Source: Lingula anatina (taxonomy: Eukaryota > Animalia > Brachiopoda). Taken from it: a stretch of 64,000 nt of DNA. The notes under the pieces are model-generated. The model saw only the letters and a list, made by a program, of their open reading frames with translations. It was not told the DNA's origin and did not search any database. Below are positions 1 to 50,749 of the stretch, piece after piece; the stretch's first letter is position 1; each line of letters starts with the position of its first letter. The position numbers were made by a program, and so were the translations under genes. The DNA lies in NCBI GenBank assembly GCA_051362555.1, contig CM120645.1, positions 24,706,431 through 24,770,430 on the forward strand, written 5' to 3'.

Positions 1-739
1 CTACTTGTCATTTTTTTTTTTTTGAGAAATGTCTTTCAGCAATTTATCAGAAAAGCACTACGTATGTATGTGAGTGTTTTTAATTATTAATAGCAGAGTT
101 ACCTAAAGAATATCCCTCAATATTAATATATTTGTATAAAATCTGATATACTAGTAGGATTTATCAGTCTACAGACCATTGTTTGATGACAATATTGTAA
201 ATGCCATGTAAGAAGCCAGGTGGTATTCATGACATAATGGCAGTCTGTATTTGTTTAGGGTTGGACCTGGAGACCATTGGGACACAGGCTGAAGACATCT
301 TTGGAGGGAGGTCAGTGGCACAGTAGTTTGGAAGTTGAAATCATATTTATTATGGTGAAAATAAAATAGAAGTCTTTTACTAATGATGACATGTTTGTTT
401 ATAAGATGTGCATCTAGATCAGCCCACATTGCGTCACTCCCCATGAGGCTGTATTACATAAGCAGACGGGGGACATTTTATCATTCAATGAAAAAAACTT
501 AAAATGCTTAAAAACTTACTGTGATTTTAATCCTTGTGTTATTTTTGCATAATCTATCATATGCAGACTTAAATAATCAGTTTGCAATTGATCTTTTACA
601 TTTTATCCAACCAATAATCATATCTGTGGTTTATTTTCATCTTAAACCAGAAGTAATTTGTGATTTGGAGTAGGTTTGGCTTCAGTCATTATTCCAGTGT
701 TATCATATAAACAATGTGTTGTTTGTGGCCTGGTTTCAG

Positions 740-38043
<37,304 letters not shown>

Positions 38044-39816
38044 CACTCCACAGCAGCTGTTTGGGGCGCCACCTATGTAACACTCCACAGCAGCTGTTGG
38101 GGCGCCACCTATGTAACACTCCACACCAGCTGTTTGGGGCGCCACCTATGTAACACTCCACAGCAGCTGTTTGGGGCGCCACCTATGTAACACTCCATAC
38201 CAGCTGTTTGGGGCGCCACCTATGTAACACTCCATACCAGCTGTTTGAGGCGCCACCTATGTAACACTCCATACCAGCTGTTTGGGGCACCGCCTACCAC
38301 AAAGATTCATTCACATGCCAATTAATTCTGGACATTTCTTAACCACCTATGCTCACTCTGTAGTTTCAACTGTGTCATATTCATTCCCTAATGTGACATA
38401 GGGGATAAATTAAACAAAACAAAAACCTTTTTATTAGTTTTTTTCCTGGGCTACAGTGGTTTAATGGACCTTATTTTATGTACATAAATTAGATGCTAGA
38501 TATATTTAGCAAAGTTGACAATTTGTAAGATTTCAGCTGACAGTACTTTAAATATACATGTTGTTCTTTTTAAGATGTTTGCAACAAAATCTCTATATTG
38601 TAATATTGTCAAAGTCTGTTGGAAGGAACATTGATATGACAACAGAAATGCATAGAAATTAATTATGGCAAAAATGCTCGTCTTAGTAAATGGTAATTGA
38701 GATGATACACTTTTATTGTAACAGACAATAAATTTACTGTTCAAATGGGTGATTGTTTCATTAACTTGAAGCAGGGTGATAATTTGTATTTGGTATGGTT
38801 TCTGGGCATGTCAACATGTTATATTAAATGTGATTGCATGAGCTTAAGAGTCTGACTGATTTTCTCTCCAGATTTTGAGGGCTGACAACTTTGCACAAAT
38901 AAAAGGTCATTAAGGTTAAGGGTTTTCATAAAATATTGTTTGCTTGGACAACCATCATGCTTTGGGGGTAAGTATATGCCCACATATAGATATTGGGGGT
39001 CTAGATAGTGGCATTTGTGACAGTTGTCAGTAGCATTCTGCACCCATCAGAGCATTGGATCCCACGGGAGTATTAGAACATCAACATATTTATTTAAAGG
39101 GTAAATTATCCCTGTTGCCTTGTGGGGCCACTTAAAACTTCCCTGGTTTTTGGGTCAGTTGAACTGTTTAAAGGGCTTTTCTGCTTTTGTATACTTAACA
39201 AAAAGTCTTTTTCCTATACTTGATATCCATTTGACATTCAGTTACTACTTGTTGCACATCTAAATTCACTTCCAAAAATAAGAGGTAGTCCTACTTTCAA
39301 GCAGGCTCATGTACCTTGCTGGTGGTACATAATGTAGAGGTGGTCCTCACCTCTCTGAGCATCCAGATTATCTTGTTCTGTTTTGTGTGACTGGACAACA
39401 TCAACTGTCTGCCATTTGACAAACTTTAGTTCCTATTTAGAGAGAAGACTTTTGGATAAGTAACATGGACTAAATGCTTTTACTGGTTAAGAGTTTTGTG
39501 TTTAAGTGATGAAAATTAAGTTTTATTGTGAAAGAGGCTAGTTTGAGGCTTTAAAGTACATTTGACCTCAGTACCATGTAGGTTGTTGTATCAGTACTGT
39601 CCAGAAATGGAAAAGTGTTGCACTGATTACACACTTTAGATAACACATCATGTGATTTTGAGATTTTCTTGTAGCACGTACTTTATGAAAATGTCAACTT
39701 TTGCACTGTTAACAATGTATGCAAGTGTGACAAATTCAGCCATTTAATTTTGTATAACTATTTTATATAGGTGAACATGTAATAATTCCAATTGCATTTA
39801 GGTATACATGTAGGAC

Positions 39817-39980
39817 AATAAAAACGACATGACCATGTATTTATTATGATGTTTGATAGAGCTAAATAAGGAAATCTAGTTCTTGGTTTGGGGAAATTTA
39901 ATAGCTTGCATACTTTGACCGATTATTTTAATATATGATATATGACAGATATTAGTCATAATACAATTTATATGAATAAA
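39817..39980 (+). terminator. Candidate polyadenylation signals for ITPR (AATAAA at 39817 and 39975)
   Basis: Hexamers at the end of an AT-rich, CpG-poor ~1.9-kb putative 3' UTR; AATAAA is common by chance in this composition. Confidence 0.35.
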
Positions 39981-40048
39981 TCTAGATGATTTTCAAGATA
40001 TTTTATCTCAAAATGTCAGTTAGTTATTTCCTGCCTACGCAGTGGCAT

Positions 40049-40166
40049 AAGCCACAAACTCTGTTAACACAATGGCTTAATTTTGCTTATAAGAAAGGAA
40101 ACTATTCATCTGTAAGCCACAAACTCTTTTAACACAATGGCTTAATTTGCTTATAAGAAAGGAAAT
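40049..40166. repeat. ~54-bp direct repeat, 2 copies
   Basis: taagccacaaactct...gcttataagaaaggaaa. Confidence 0.85.
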
Positions 40167-40689
40167 TGGGAGGGATTTAAGGGAGTGATGAAAGGCAAAT
40201 GAGTAAATTGCGTGGCGTAGAACTACCTAGACATTGATAGTAGGGTTTTATTGTAAAACGTATTTCTACAGGGAGTGTTAAGTGATGTGGAGGAGGGGGT
40301 GGGGAGGGACGGGGGGTGGGGAGGGACGCGAATTCTACCTTTTTGAAACCTACAGTGACATAAAGTGATAAATCTAGCTTTTTGTATAATAATGCAAATA
40401 TTTCCGAGTCACACCTTGTTTGCATGGCAAGTTTTCGTATTCAATAAAGAAGGTTTTTTTTAAAAAAAAAAAAACAACTCTTTTGGATAATATAAATACC
40501 AACAAAAATCAGACCGCGAGAGATGCACATTTATTTTATTAACACATTTTGTCCACAACCTCAAGTATTTTTTTTTTTTTTACAATGCCTGGTTACGAAG
40601 GTTTTGCAAATTACTTTCTATGAGAAAAGTTTTGTCGTGTTTCGTCTAAAACAAATGACTGTCCTGTCACCATATAGTCTAGCTAATCA

Positions 40690-43354
40690 TAGTCCGGTGG
40701 CTTAAGGAAAAAATCGTGACACGGCGGATAAAAGCACCAAATTTTGCATGTGGGTACCTTTTGACATTCTAAACCAAATTAGAGCCGTAGCCCACGGAAA
40801 AAATTTACCGTTTGGCCAAAAAATCCAAAATGGCCGCCAATTTATTGAATTCTTTAGAAATATGTACATACCTATGTTGATTTTTATCAAATAAATTATT
40901 TTCTCAGAGTTTTCCACACCCTTATTACCCATTTTATTCATATATGTCAGATAACAAACAAGTTCCCTTGGACTTTTTGAAAAAATCCAAGATGGCTGTC
41001 ATTTGCCATAGAAACAGCCATAGGAATACTAGTGCACAACTATTACCAGCTAGAACGATACGTTGTCCACTATCAAATTAAGTCTGTTTCTCAGATCTTT
41101 GTTACCCACATAATATGTTTGTGGTGAGTAACTACGAAGTGTTCTTGGGCATTTTGGAAAATCCAAGATGGCTGCCATGTGCCACAGGAATTCTAGTATA
41201 CGGGGGATTCAACTAATGGCAACTGGAAAGATTAGTTTTTCACTATCAAATTAAGCTGGTTTCTGAGTGTTTTCTACATCCTTTGTACCCACACAATATG
41301 TATGTGGTTAGTAACTAACAGTATTCTTGGGCATTTTGAGAAAATCCAAGATGGCCATCATATGTAATAGGAATACTTCTAGTATTACAAAGGGTTGGAA
41401 CTAATGCCAGCTAATTCACTATCAAATTCAGTTTATTTTTTTAGTGTTTTACACATTATTATTACACTGTGATACATATCTAGCAGGTAATAAATGTGCA
41501 CATTTGATCATTTTGAGAAAACCCAAGATGGCCGTCACTGGCCATAGGAATTACAACTGCACATCCATGGCTTTTCATCTACTACCAGGGTGAATTTGTG
41601 TTTGCTTATCAAGTTTTGCCCATCCTTATTAGTCCTATGATATATATCTGGTGGGTAAATAGTGTGCATCCTTGGATCTGAGAAAAAGATACCTACAATT
41701 TAACATAGGAATACTAATGGGTGGGTTTCAATTGCTGCTAGAGAGGCATATGGTTCATTATACAATTACATTTCCATGGGTTTGTTTTAAAAATAATTTA
41801 TGTTTTTCATTCCATTTATTATTACCCCTATGATGTATACCTGGTCTGTAGCATGTGTGTATCTTTGGGTATTCTGAAAAAATTCAAGATGTCTGCCTTT
41901 TGTCATTAGAATATTCGAAAACATAATCAAATAATGCTAGAGATACACTGAGTACGATTTAAATGTAGTTAACTTTGGGTCGTTTTTAAATGTTTTTCAT
42001 ATCCTATTTATCCTTATGAAAGACTCTGTGTGTTTTGAAAGTGTATGTATCCTTGAGTATTATTCGGAGAAAACCCAAGATAGCTGCCAGTTGTCATAGG
42101 AATATATCATTCAAATGCACATAGGTGTCAATTAATAGAACAGTTCAAATAAAGCCGTTTGATGTTTAAACATGTTGACATCCTTATTAACCTTACTCTT
42201 TATAAATCTGGTGTGTAGCAAGTGTGCATCTTGCGTATTGGAGAAAATTCAAGATTGCTGCAATTCACAATAGCCAGAGAAACATTGGGTTCAATATAAA
42301 TCCAACTACTGCCAGAGAAACATTGGGTTCAATATAAAATGAATTTTGTTTCTCGGTATTTCCCACATTCTTTTTGGACTTTTAGATATCTATCTGGTGG
42401 GTAACAAGTGTATACCCTTAAGTATTTTGAAAAAATATCATGATTACCCTCATTTGCCTTAGAAGTGCCTATAAAATCTAATGCACCAGTTTTCCTATGA
42501 GGAAAAGAAGGCCATCTTGGATTTCCCCAAAATGATAAAATATGGACATTAATTACCTAACAGATATGTGTCATGGGATAATAATACTAAAAAAAAAACA
42601 GAATAACAACTGAATTCAGCTTCATTTTATTTGTAAGCCTATCTCTCGCAGGTATTAACTGAACCCCACCTTCTACGGCTAATGGCAGCCATTTTGTTTT
42701 GTTTTGTTTTCAAAAAGGATACACATAACATTCTCATCACATATGTATTATGTTAATTAAAAAGATGTGGAAAATACTCAGAAACAAACCTAATTTAACA
42801 ATTAATATTATATCTCCATGGCAGAAGAAGCCCTATGTGTATACTAGTATTCCTTTGATATGGGGGCCATCTTGGATTTTTCTCGAATTGCCTATGAATA
42901 AAGGTTAGTTACTCCCCACAAATATATTATTTGTGTAATAAGAAACAAAATTAATTAGATAGTGGGCAATGCATCTTCCTAGTTGGCATTAGTTAGTTGA
43001 AAACCCTTGTACATGTTCTAGTATTCCTATGCCATACGGCGGCCATCTTGGATTTTTCAATAAGTCCAAGGACACTAGTTTGTTATCTGACACATATGCA
43101 TAATATGGGTAATAAGGATGTGGAAAACATTGAGAAAATACTTAATTTGATAAAAATCAACATACTGTATATATTTCTACAAAATTTCACAAATTGGCGG
43201 CCATTTTGGATTTTTTGGCCAAACGGTAAATTTTTTCCGTGGGCTACGGCTCTAATTTGATTTAGTATGTCAAAAGGTACCCACATGCAAAATTTGGTGC
43301 TTTTATCCGCTGTGTCACGATTTGGCCATTTTTTTGCCCTAAGCAACCGGACTA
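40690..43354. mobile_element. Non-autonomous fold-back DNA transposon with long imperfect TIRs (tentatively Academ-like)
   Basis: Termini TAGTCCGG...CCGGACTA flanked by TCA (or AGTCCGG with ATCAT); several hundred bp of inverted similarity; ~180-bp subrepeats with aaaatccaagatggc; no ORF. Confidence 0.85.
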
Positions 43355-44852
43355 TCATGAATGTAACTGAATTGAATATTCTTTATATGGCTAAAATAAT
43401 ACGAAAACTCCAAACAATTGCGACAAAAGACGTCACGGTTTTTTTTCTTCAATTTTTAAAAGCCATGTGACACCGCGAACATAGCCGCAATCTATTTATT
43501 GCGTTATTTACAACAAACATAAACAGACATTTTCTGTGACGCTAGATATCATACTCGCTTCCTGATAGAAATAAACTAAATCGATCAGAGAATGTGAGGT
43601 GGTGCTGTGAGCAACAGTCACGATGGTTTAAATTTTAGTCCGTTTATGCTTTTTGTGTCATAATAGATGGATCTAGTTCTTTTTTGCCGTGATTTAAGCT
43701 GTTTAAGACTGATGTAATTAAATTTTCACTTGGACAAACAATTCTTTCTCTCGTTAAGTCTTTATGGGTTTTTTAATGGAAAATGGATCTATATATTGAG
43801 AATCAGTTAGTATTCTCGGGGCAGACTAGGCAAGACCCGAGTTTTAATTTCAAGCCAGGTCGAGACAAAGACCACCTCACTGAGAAAACACACAAATGGA
43901 GCTGTTGAGTGACTATAGCCATGAAACAATAACATAATAGGCAATTAACCTGTTTGCCACTAAGATTGTATGCTCGCCAGGATGATGTGAAAGGATGCCA
44001 GCGGCTACTGAGACTTATAACGATGTTATATGTATAACGCCTATTAATAAGTGTAGATCTCAGCTGAGGTTTGAGGGGATGAAGTAAACGGATAAATGGG
44101 AAAACTTCCATTTTGATTTTTATATTTTCTCTTATTTATGATTATATCCGTCTTTAATTTCTCTACTCGTGCTACTGGCATCAGAGCACTGATAACCCGC
44201 GGCCATGAAGGGAGGCGTCTGATGCTTATTATGACCTACATCAGCACACGTTTTATATACAAAAATATTCATTCGTTCAACTGCTTGAATAAGTTAATCA
44301 AGATTTTTCATTTGACCCACTACTGCTTTCCTTCGATTCGTTAAATCACGATAACTTGTTTTTCATTTCTCAGAATACCAAGTCAGTTGGTTCCAATGTG
44401 TTTGAGAGTACTGAGGTGACTGTACATGTTAAGTCCAGTGTGTTTTCAATTGACTCACTGAAATTCACCACAGTGAAAAAAAAAACAACCATGCCCCTTC
44501 AGGCTGCCTAAAAATGCAGTCATCCTACGCCCTATTACATAATCCACATTTTGGATAAGTGTTCAAATACGCGCTCACGATAGTGGCCAGCGAGAAGTTC
44601 ACAGCTACCAGTTTAACTTACATCGTGCCTATCACAATTTTGGGGAAAAGGAACATGTATATGTTTTTCAGAAATTGTCATCAAATTTGACTGTACATTT
44701 CGAAGTCATTGCTTAGTACTTATTACTCTTATTATAAAATAAAATGATAAACAGAATAATTAAAATAGAAAATAACATGTATGTGTTAATAAGATATTAT
44801 AATCAAATTAGCGCACCTCTATCAAACGCCATCCCCTTCGAACAAGTTGACC

Positions 44853-44934
44853 ATTGGTGACAACAGGAACGCCACCATGTGACTATGTATCACTGAAGGT
44901 ATAAAAGCGCGGAATTTTGAAAGTGCGTTCATTC
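44853..44934 (+). promoter_or_regulatory. Candidate Pol II core promoter (reverse CCAAT, TATA, Inr)
   Basis: ATTGG at 44853, TATAAAAG at 44900-44907, TCATTC at 44929-44934 with its A 31 nt after the first T of the TATA. Confidence 0.5.
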
Positions 44935-45447
44935 AACAGCGGGCAGATGTAGAGCAACAGAAAGGATGACATGTGCTGCGTCCCATATCAAGCAAAAAGG
45001 ACACGGGAGTTAACTCGCATTTTTCCGAAGCTTTCCCTCATCATTCGTCAACGCATCTTTCATCGACATTATGATTCTTGCACACGCAGACGTCTGGACG
45101 GTGGATTCGACGTTTCTCTAAGCTGGCCAGCTAAAACCTTCGCTTCTCCGCACGAGGAATCGTCGCTCAGGAATCTTCGCAGGATACATCATCGGCTTTC
45201 TGCTGGTCTAGGCTCTATTGTTGTAGTGTCATTGCATTATTCCCACGCGTTCCAGGTTTCTTCTTATTACAGGTCCAGGAAGCAGACTGCAGAGGGCTGA
45301 CATAGGTAGGGAAAACTCATTTATCCGTTTTTCTTTCTGCTTACAGAACTCTATTATGGTGATTCTAGATAGAGCTCCCACTGACATCTGCAAGGAGAAG
45401 AGGGCCACACCTACACTTTAGATATTACCATCAATCCTTGGTGCCAA

Positions 45448-45550
45448 CGAGTCCTGTCATGGTCTGCCTACAAGGTGGCTGCATTGGGGAAGCGTCCAGC
45501 GAGTCCTGCCATGGTCTGCCTACAAGGTGGCTGCATTGGGGAAGCGTCCA
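45448..45550. repeat. 52-bp direct repeat, 2 copies
   Basis: cgagtcctg(t/c)catggtctgcctacaaggtggctgcattggggaagcgtcca. Confidence 0.9.
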
Positions 45551-45758
45551 AGGTATATGGTGTTTCAATGAGATGGAAAACCCTCAGAGGTAACCCGTGT
45601 TATTGGCGAGAGAAATAGACTAAAATATTTTTCATTTGCGGTCTGCCCCATAAGTTTTTCACTTTACTGGGCATTCGGTCTTCAACTTTCCTAGAGTCTT
45701 CTGGTCTGAATCAGGATCCAGTGGTCCGAATACAAACTTCAATAAAACTGGACTTGCA

Positions 45759-45760
<2 letters not shown>

Positions 45761-45793
<33 letters not shown>
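45761..45793. repeat. (TTA)n microsatellite
   Basis: Directly visible. Confidence 0.9.
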
Positions 45794-45795
<2 letters not shown>

Positions 45796-46031
45796 AACAC
45801 TTTGACATATTTTTAGAAACATGAAGTAACAGATACATTAAAACTTGAATAAAATCAAAAGTTCTTTTGAAAACTTATGAAAAAATCTAATGGTTACAAC
45901 ACTAAATTCACACACTGTGAAAAATCTATTTGTCCAGGCAATCATTGGTATGTCACAGTCATTGATTGCACAGAAATGGGGATATTGATAAAAAGACTTG
46001 GTAATTCAATAAACAAGTGTTACCGTTTTAG

Positions 46032-46192
46032 AGAACAAAAGAAAAGGAGATGAGATCCTGGAAAATTCCAACGTGAAAACAAAGCTGCTGGACAGCAAGA
46101 AGTCGGTGACCTGATAGTGCTGGGTTTGCCTTGGAAGAGACGCCGACTTGAAGGCCTACTTCTCACTGATTGGTGAAGCCGTCATGTCACAG
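46032..46192 (+). pseudogene. TARDBP: TDP-43 (TARDBP) pseudo-exon: NLS and start of RRM1, two frameshifts
   Basis: ttttag|..[57 protein letters not shown]|gtacag versus human DNKRKMDE...[31 protein letters not shown]. Confidence 0.88.
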
Positions 46193-47461
46193 GTACAGTA
46201 CTCATTGCTGCAGATATGCGCTTCATAAAAGAAATCAAAGCTAGTCTATAATGGATAAAATTGGAGCAGTCCAGAGTTATAACTGTAAAGTCAGATTGAT
46301 AGAAAACAAGCATAATTCTTTTAAAAACTTTTATTTATGCTAAAAAGTTTATTTATATTTTGAGGTGAATGAGGTTGATAAGTTTGAAGCCCGAGACACT
46401 TTCATGAGGCAGCCCACTGTCACTCTAAACGAATTACTTCTATCCTTGACAACCAATCTCATTTTCATTTCAAAGTTCTGGTAGATAGTATTAAAGAGCT
46501 CTTAGCCATGCACTGTTATGAAACAGTCTACTGTCATAACAACAATTATTTCACTCGTCCATTCACCACACTTTTGGGATAAACCACTTTTCAGAGTCGG
46601 TACATTTGGGAGGGGGGAGGTAAAGGCAAAAGCTAATGCTATGTTTCCTTTATATTAACAGGATTGGATTATAGCAAAGCCTGATAGAGGTCCCACTTTT
46701 CGTAAGAAGTGCAAAACGAGTGGCAAATGTAATCCTTTCAATCAATCCTTGGGTGGTGATTCCTGCCATGGTCTTTATAAGATGGCTGCCTGGGGGAACA
46801 TAAGAAGCATGCGGTGTTTCACTGAAATGGAAACCTTCCAAGCCGTAAAAGGTAAATCATGTTATTGGGGAGAATAATACACTAAGGGCATCTTTCTTAC
46901 CTTACTTAACTTTTGAGATAAAGCCCTTAGCCACATAAATTTTACAGCTGAACTTCACAAGGCAGTGTACATTTCCCGTGACCCACTTTATAAGGTTAGT
47001 GGGTTGGTGGGGGGGAAGAGGTAAAGAGGGAAACTAATGTCTTCTAAATTTCTGTGTTGAAGGTGAGACAGATAGCATTGGCGAGCGCCTGGCCTGATGA
47101 TGGTCCACTTTCACGAGGTAAAAATGGAGAAAGCGATATCAACATATGGGATTTCAAGAGTCCTTGCCTAGCTGTGATACCATTGGGATTAAGGCCCTTC
47201 GAGGTAAGTTATTGGCCAGGGTAGGGGTGAACAATGAACTAAATTATCATTCATTTTCTGAAAATTCTAAATCTTTTGTCGATGCAAATTCAACAAACTG
47301 GACATTTTGTGCAAGGCCTTGGACAAAATTGCTGTAAATTACTGTTTGGAAACTGTTGTCTAGTCACTAAATGTAGACATTTGTTTTCTATTTACAATTT
47401 ACTCAAGGAAATTCATATAGCAGACATTTTTTAATTTGTCACAAACATTAAAAAACTATGC

Positions 47462-47502
<41 letters not shown>
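47462..47502. repeat. (AAT)n microsatellite
   Basis: Directly visible. Confidence 0.9.
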
Positions 47503-47503
<1 letters not shown>

Positions 47504-48256
47504 TTTAGTGGATCTTTTAATTTGTCACAAACTTGCAAAAAAAAATCACTCATGCAAAATATTTTTACATGCTATCGGCCAAACTTTCATATCTTCCTTT
47601 ATTCCTCCTATTCACAAGTCATGCTTTTTGTAGAATCTTAGCACTCTCCTAAATCATGTGTTTTTCTTGTGTTTTGGAAGTAGGATAAAATAAAATAGAA
47701 TTCTTTGTGTATTATTTCGTTTCTTATAAAGACGATGATCGGAAACAATATTCTACTCAACTCGCAGAATAAATCTTAGAGCAAAACGTGCTCATCACAT
47801 TCTTCAACTTGTTTTCACCGATAGCTAAGTGTCTAAATTAAACTGTTAAATTATTCATTTATATTTTCCTATCCTATACTATGTGTGCAAACAGTAGAAT
47901 AAGAAGTAGCATAGACGGCCAACACGGTTACCATGTAACATAACAAACATAAATAAACTATTAGTTTATTATTTTATGGTACGTGTTCACTAGAGCAACA
48001 TTTTTTCTTTCCTTTTTTTTATTAAACTTTTTTAAATGAAATTTTTGAAAGCTGCTATTTAGTCTAAAAATTCACACTTTTTAAATAAAAGAAGCGCGTT
48101 TAAACTCTGCTCTGATCATGTTAAGAAAAAAATCTTCTGAAACGCCAAAATACCGAAGTGTTAACGGTGTGTAAATACCAGTGACATTCATGTTTTCTGT
48201 TGCAATTACTGCAAGCTTTTCATACTTTGTGTGAACACATTACATTTCATTTGTAG

Positions 48257-49250
48257 GCCACGGAGGTGCAGTTTTCCAGAAATGATGCCCGAACGCAGAC
48301 ACCAACAATCCTAGCCCAAATGTCCAAGATGTGAAACACTTAATGGCGCTAACAACGAGCCCCTTTTGCCACTTCCATTGATGATCGGTCGTCCTTGGCA
48401 GTCTTGGTTTTTAAAGACAGTTTGTCTGCGAAAAAACTTTAAGGAATGTGGAATGGTAATGAAGAGCGATATTCTGAATGTAAAAGGAATACAATCTAAT
48501 AATGTAGTCAAGTCTATATTGAGAATTTTTGCGGTTCATGGGACACAGATATGGGTCTGGTGTAATTGCATTTAGTAAGTTTTAATTTTTCACTTAAGAC
48601 AGTGCACCATTTTATTTCAATAGCTTAAGAGAAACTGAAGTTCGGGATGATCATTCATAATTCCATAAATGATCAGTTGAATAGGATGAATTGTGGTTCT
48701 GTGTGAAAATTTTGAGTCTGCCTCTATAGTCATATTTTAAAAAATAAAATTGAATATCCAGATGATTTATCCACATTCTAAATGCAGATAGATTTTCGCT
48801 CACAAAAACATTACCACATAGGCATTACCACCACTTATGGTCGTCTGTTTTATTTCAATCCTAGTGATGTAGTTATTTTTCAAATTTGTGCTTTTGATGA
48901 TGTGGAGTTGTTTGTCAGTATAGCTTTTGAGAAGATCATAACTCGCACATTAACCATATCTAACAACCCTCACAAATTTGTAAAATCCGACTTGATGTAA
49001 ATGCTTTTACATGAAGAGGCTTTACATTGATAGCTTGTGCAAAATCTGTAATGAAATATTTTACGTTGCAGAAAATATTTCATTGTTTTTGCACAGTCTG
49101 CTCCTCGTGTGGGATGGCTGGGTGCACACGGTCATCTCTCAAGATAGAGGATCGCAATTTACTTATATTACTAATGTTATGATTTTCTCAAGTGTTATAG
49201 TTGACAGATATATCCAATTCATTAAATATGCACCCTGTTCTCCGGATAAA
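48257..49250 (+). mobile_element. Possible degenerate Gypsy/Ginger-type integrase remnants
   Basis: Ordered motifs GHGG, CPRC...EPLLPLP...RPWQ, QIDF, VISQDRGSQFT, in different frames and with stops. Confidence 0.35.
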
Positions 49251-50267
49251 AAAATTCCTATTGAAATTTACATGGACGGTCATACAGTGAAATGTGAGAT
49301 CTGAAATATTTCAAAGCAAGCTTGCTTTATTCTTGACTTGTATCATACAGGTAGTTGCGATTTCAGGGAAACTTCTATTTTAAATTGAGTTATATGTCAA
49401 AGTTTAGTTTAAACCATTGAGGTGCTCGAGTTGTAGTCATATAACCTGAATCTGTGTATGTATTTTTATACTTGGAACTTGAATAAAGTTTTGATGGATA
49501 CTTTCACTTGTAAAAGGATTGAGTCACTTTATTTTTGTCGTCATCTCCTTAGATAAAGTTGAAGTTAGTCTAGGTTTAATCAAGGAGTTACAACAGAACT
49601 TCTTGGTTTAATTATGTTAAGACTGTAGTAAATACGTCTTAATTGCCTTCAGTACCTTTTTCTGTAGGAATTGGTAAATTCTTGTGCTTCATAATGTGTA
49701 CCAGTATAGTGTCTATAGAGAATGGTTTGTACTCACAAACTTGCACCATGTTGTCTAAAACCGGACGATATTCTTAAACTTTAAGGCCCAGTGCCAATAA
49801 AAACAAAGCTGGAGTTATAATGTTATAAAGGCTGAAGTATCCGGGCGTGGGCACTTTCCCGGCATTCCCCACGAAGCGTTTAGACGGGTAATTGCCCACG
49901 ACCCGCAGGCATCGGGTACCAGCTTCCGGCCACAAGACCAGCATTAACGGACTGTTTGCGTTTTGATGTTAGATGATTGGGACATAAATGGAAAATCTTT
50001 TAATAATACTACCATTCGTTGATTCATTGCGTTTACGCAATTAATTAGTGATTGCAAAGTGCTTTTGAAATTGAATGTTACTGTTTAAAATTGCACATAA
50101 AATTTGAATAAAAATTATACTCTATAATTTTTCTTTTTCTTAAAAAAAAAAAAAAAAAACCGAAGGCCTGTACAGACTTGCAAATTAATTTTAATGGAGT
50201 CGCAATGCATCTGCACGAGGCTCGTTTAATCATCAGTCGAAATTATCTTCTTTTCAACTGCCCCATA

Positions 50268-50749
50268 GGGGCCGTTCACATGAAAAATCTATTTTCTAAA
50301 AATCTAAAAATCTATTGGCGGTATATTGTGATCACGGTCTGTGCACTGAATGCCCCACGGCGTAATTACTGGCAGCGCGAGCGAGTTACTTCCAAAGCTG
50401 TAATTAATTCTCGGCTGCGCTCGGAGGAGATTCTGATACCTTGACGCATGCGCAGTAGTATCTCTAAGCTGTGGAGTTAATCAGTTTAGTTGTGACGACT
50501 CGAGCATACAGACGCGTAATATGGCTAGTGGTAGTGCTTGTTTTCAAAGCAACTGCGACCGCCATTTACTTTCTAACTTCCTACTGCGCATGCGTCAAGG
50601 TAAGAGAATCTCCTCCGAGCGCAGCCTAGAATTAATTACAGCTTTGGAAGTAACTCGCTCTCTCTGCTAATTAATTACGCAACGGGGTATTCAGGGCACA
50701 GACCGTGACCACTGGATACCGCCAATAGATTTTTCATGTGAACGGTCCC
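50268..50749. mobile_element. PIF/Harbinger-like MITE (~480 bp, near-palindromic)
   Basis: TIR GGG(G/A)CCGTTCACATGAAAAATCTATT extending ~170-190 bp; flanks ATA/TTA. Confidence 0.85.

Noticed and set aside
40177-43470. Mirror-image ORFs (NWRPFWIFWPNGKFFPWATALI) on both strands
   Set aside because: Consequence of the inverted repeats of a non-coding element; no transposase motifs.
45346-45552. Possible TDP-43 N-terminal exon (IELP-like)
   Set aside because: Only about four residues of similarity; the rest does not align.
46590-47230. Faint ~400-bp-period duplication
   Set aside because: Similarity too patchy to delimit without an alignment.
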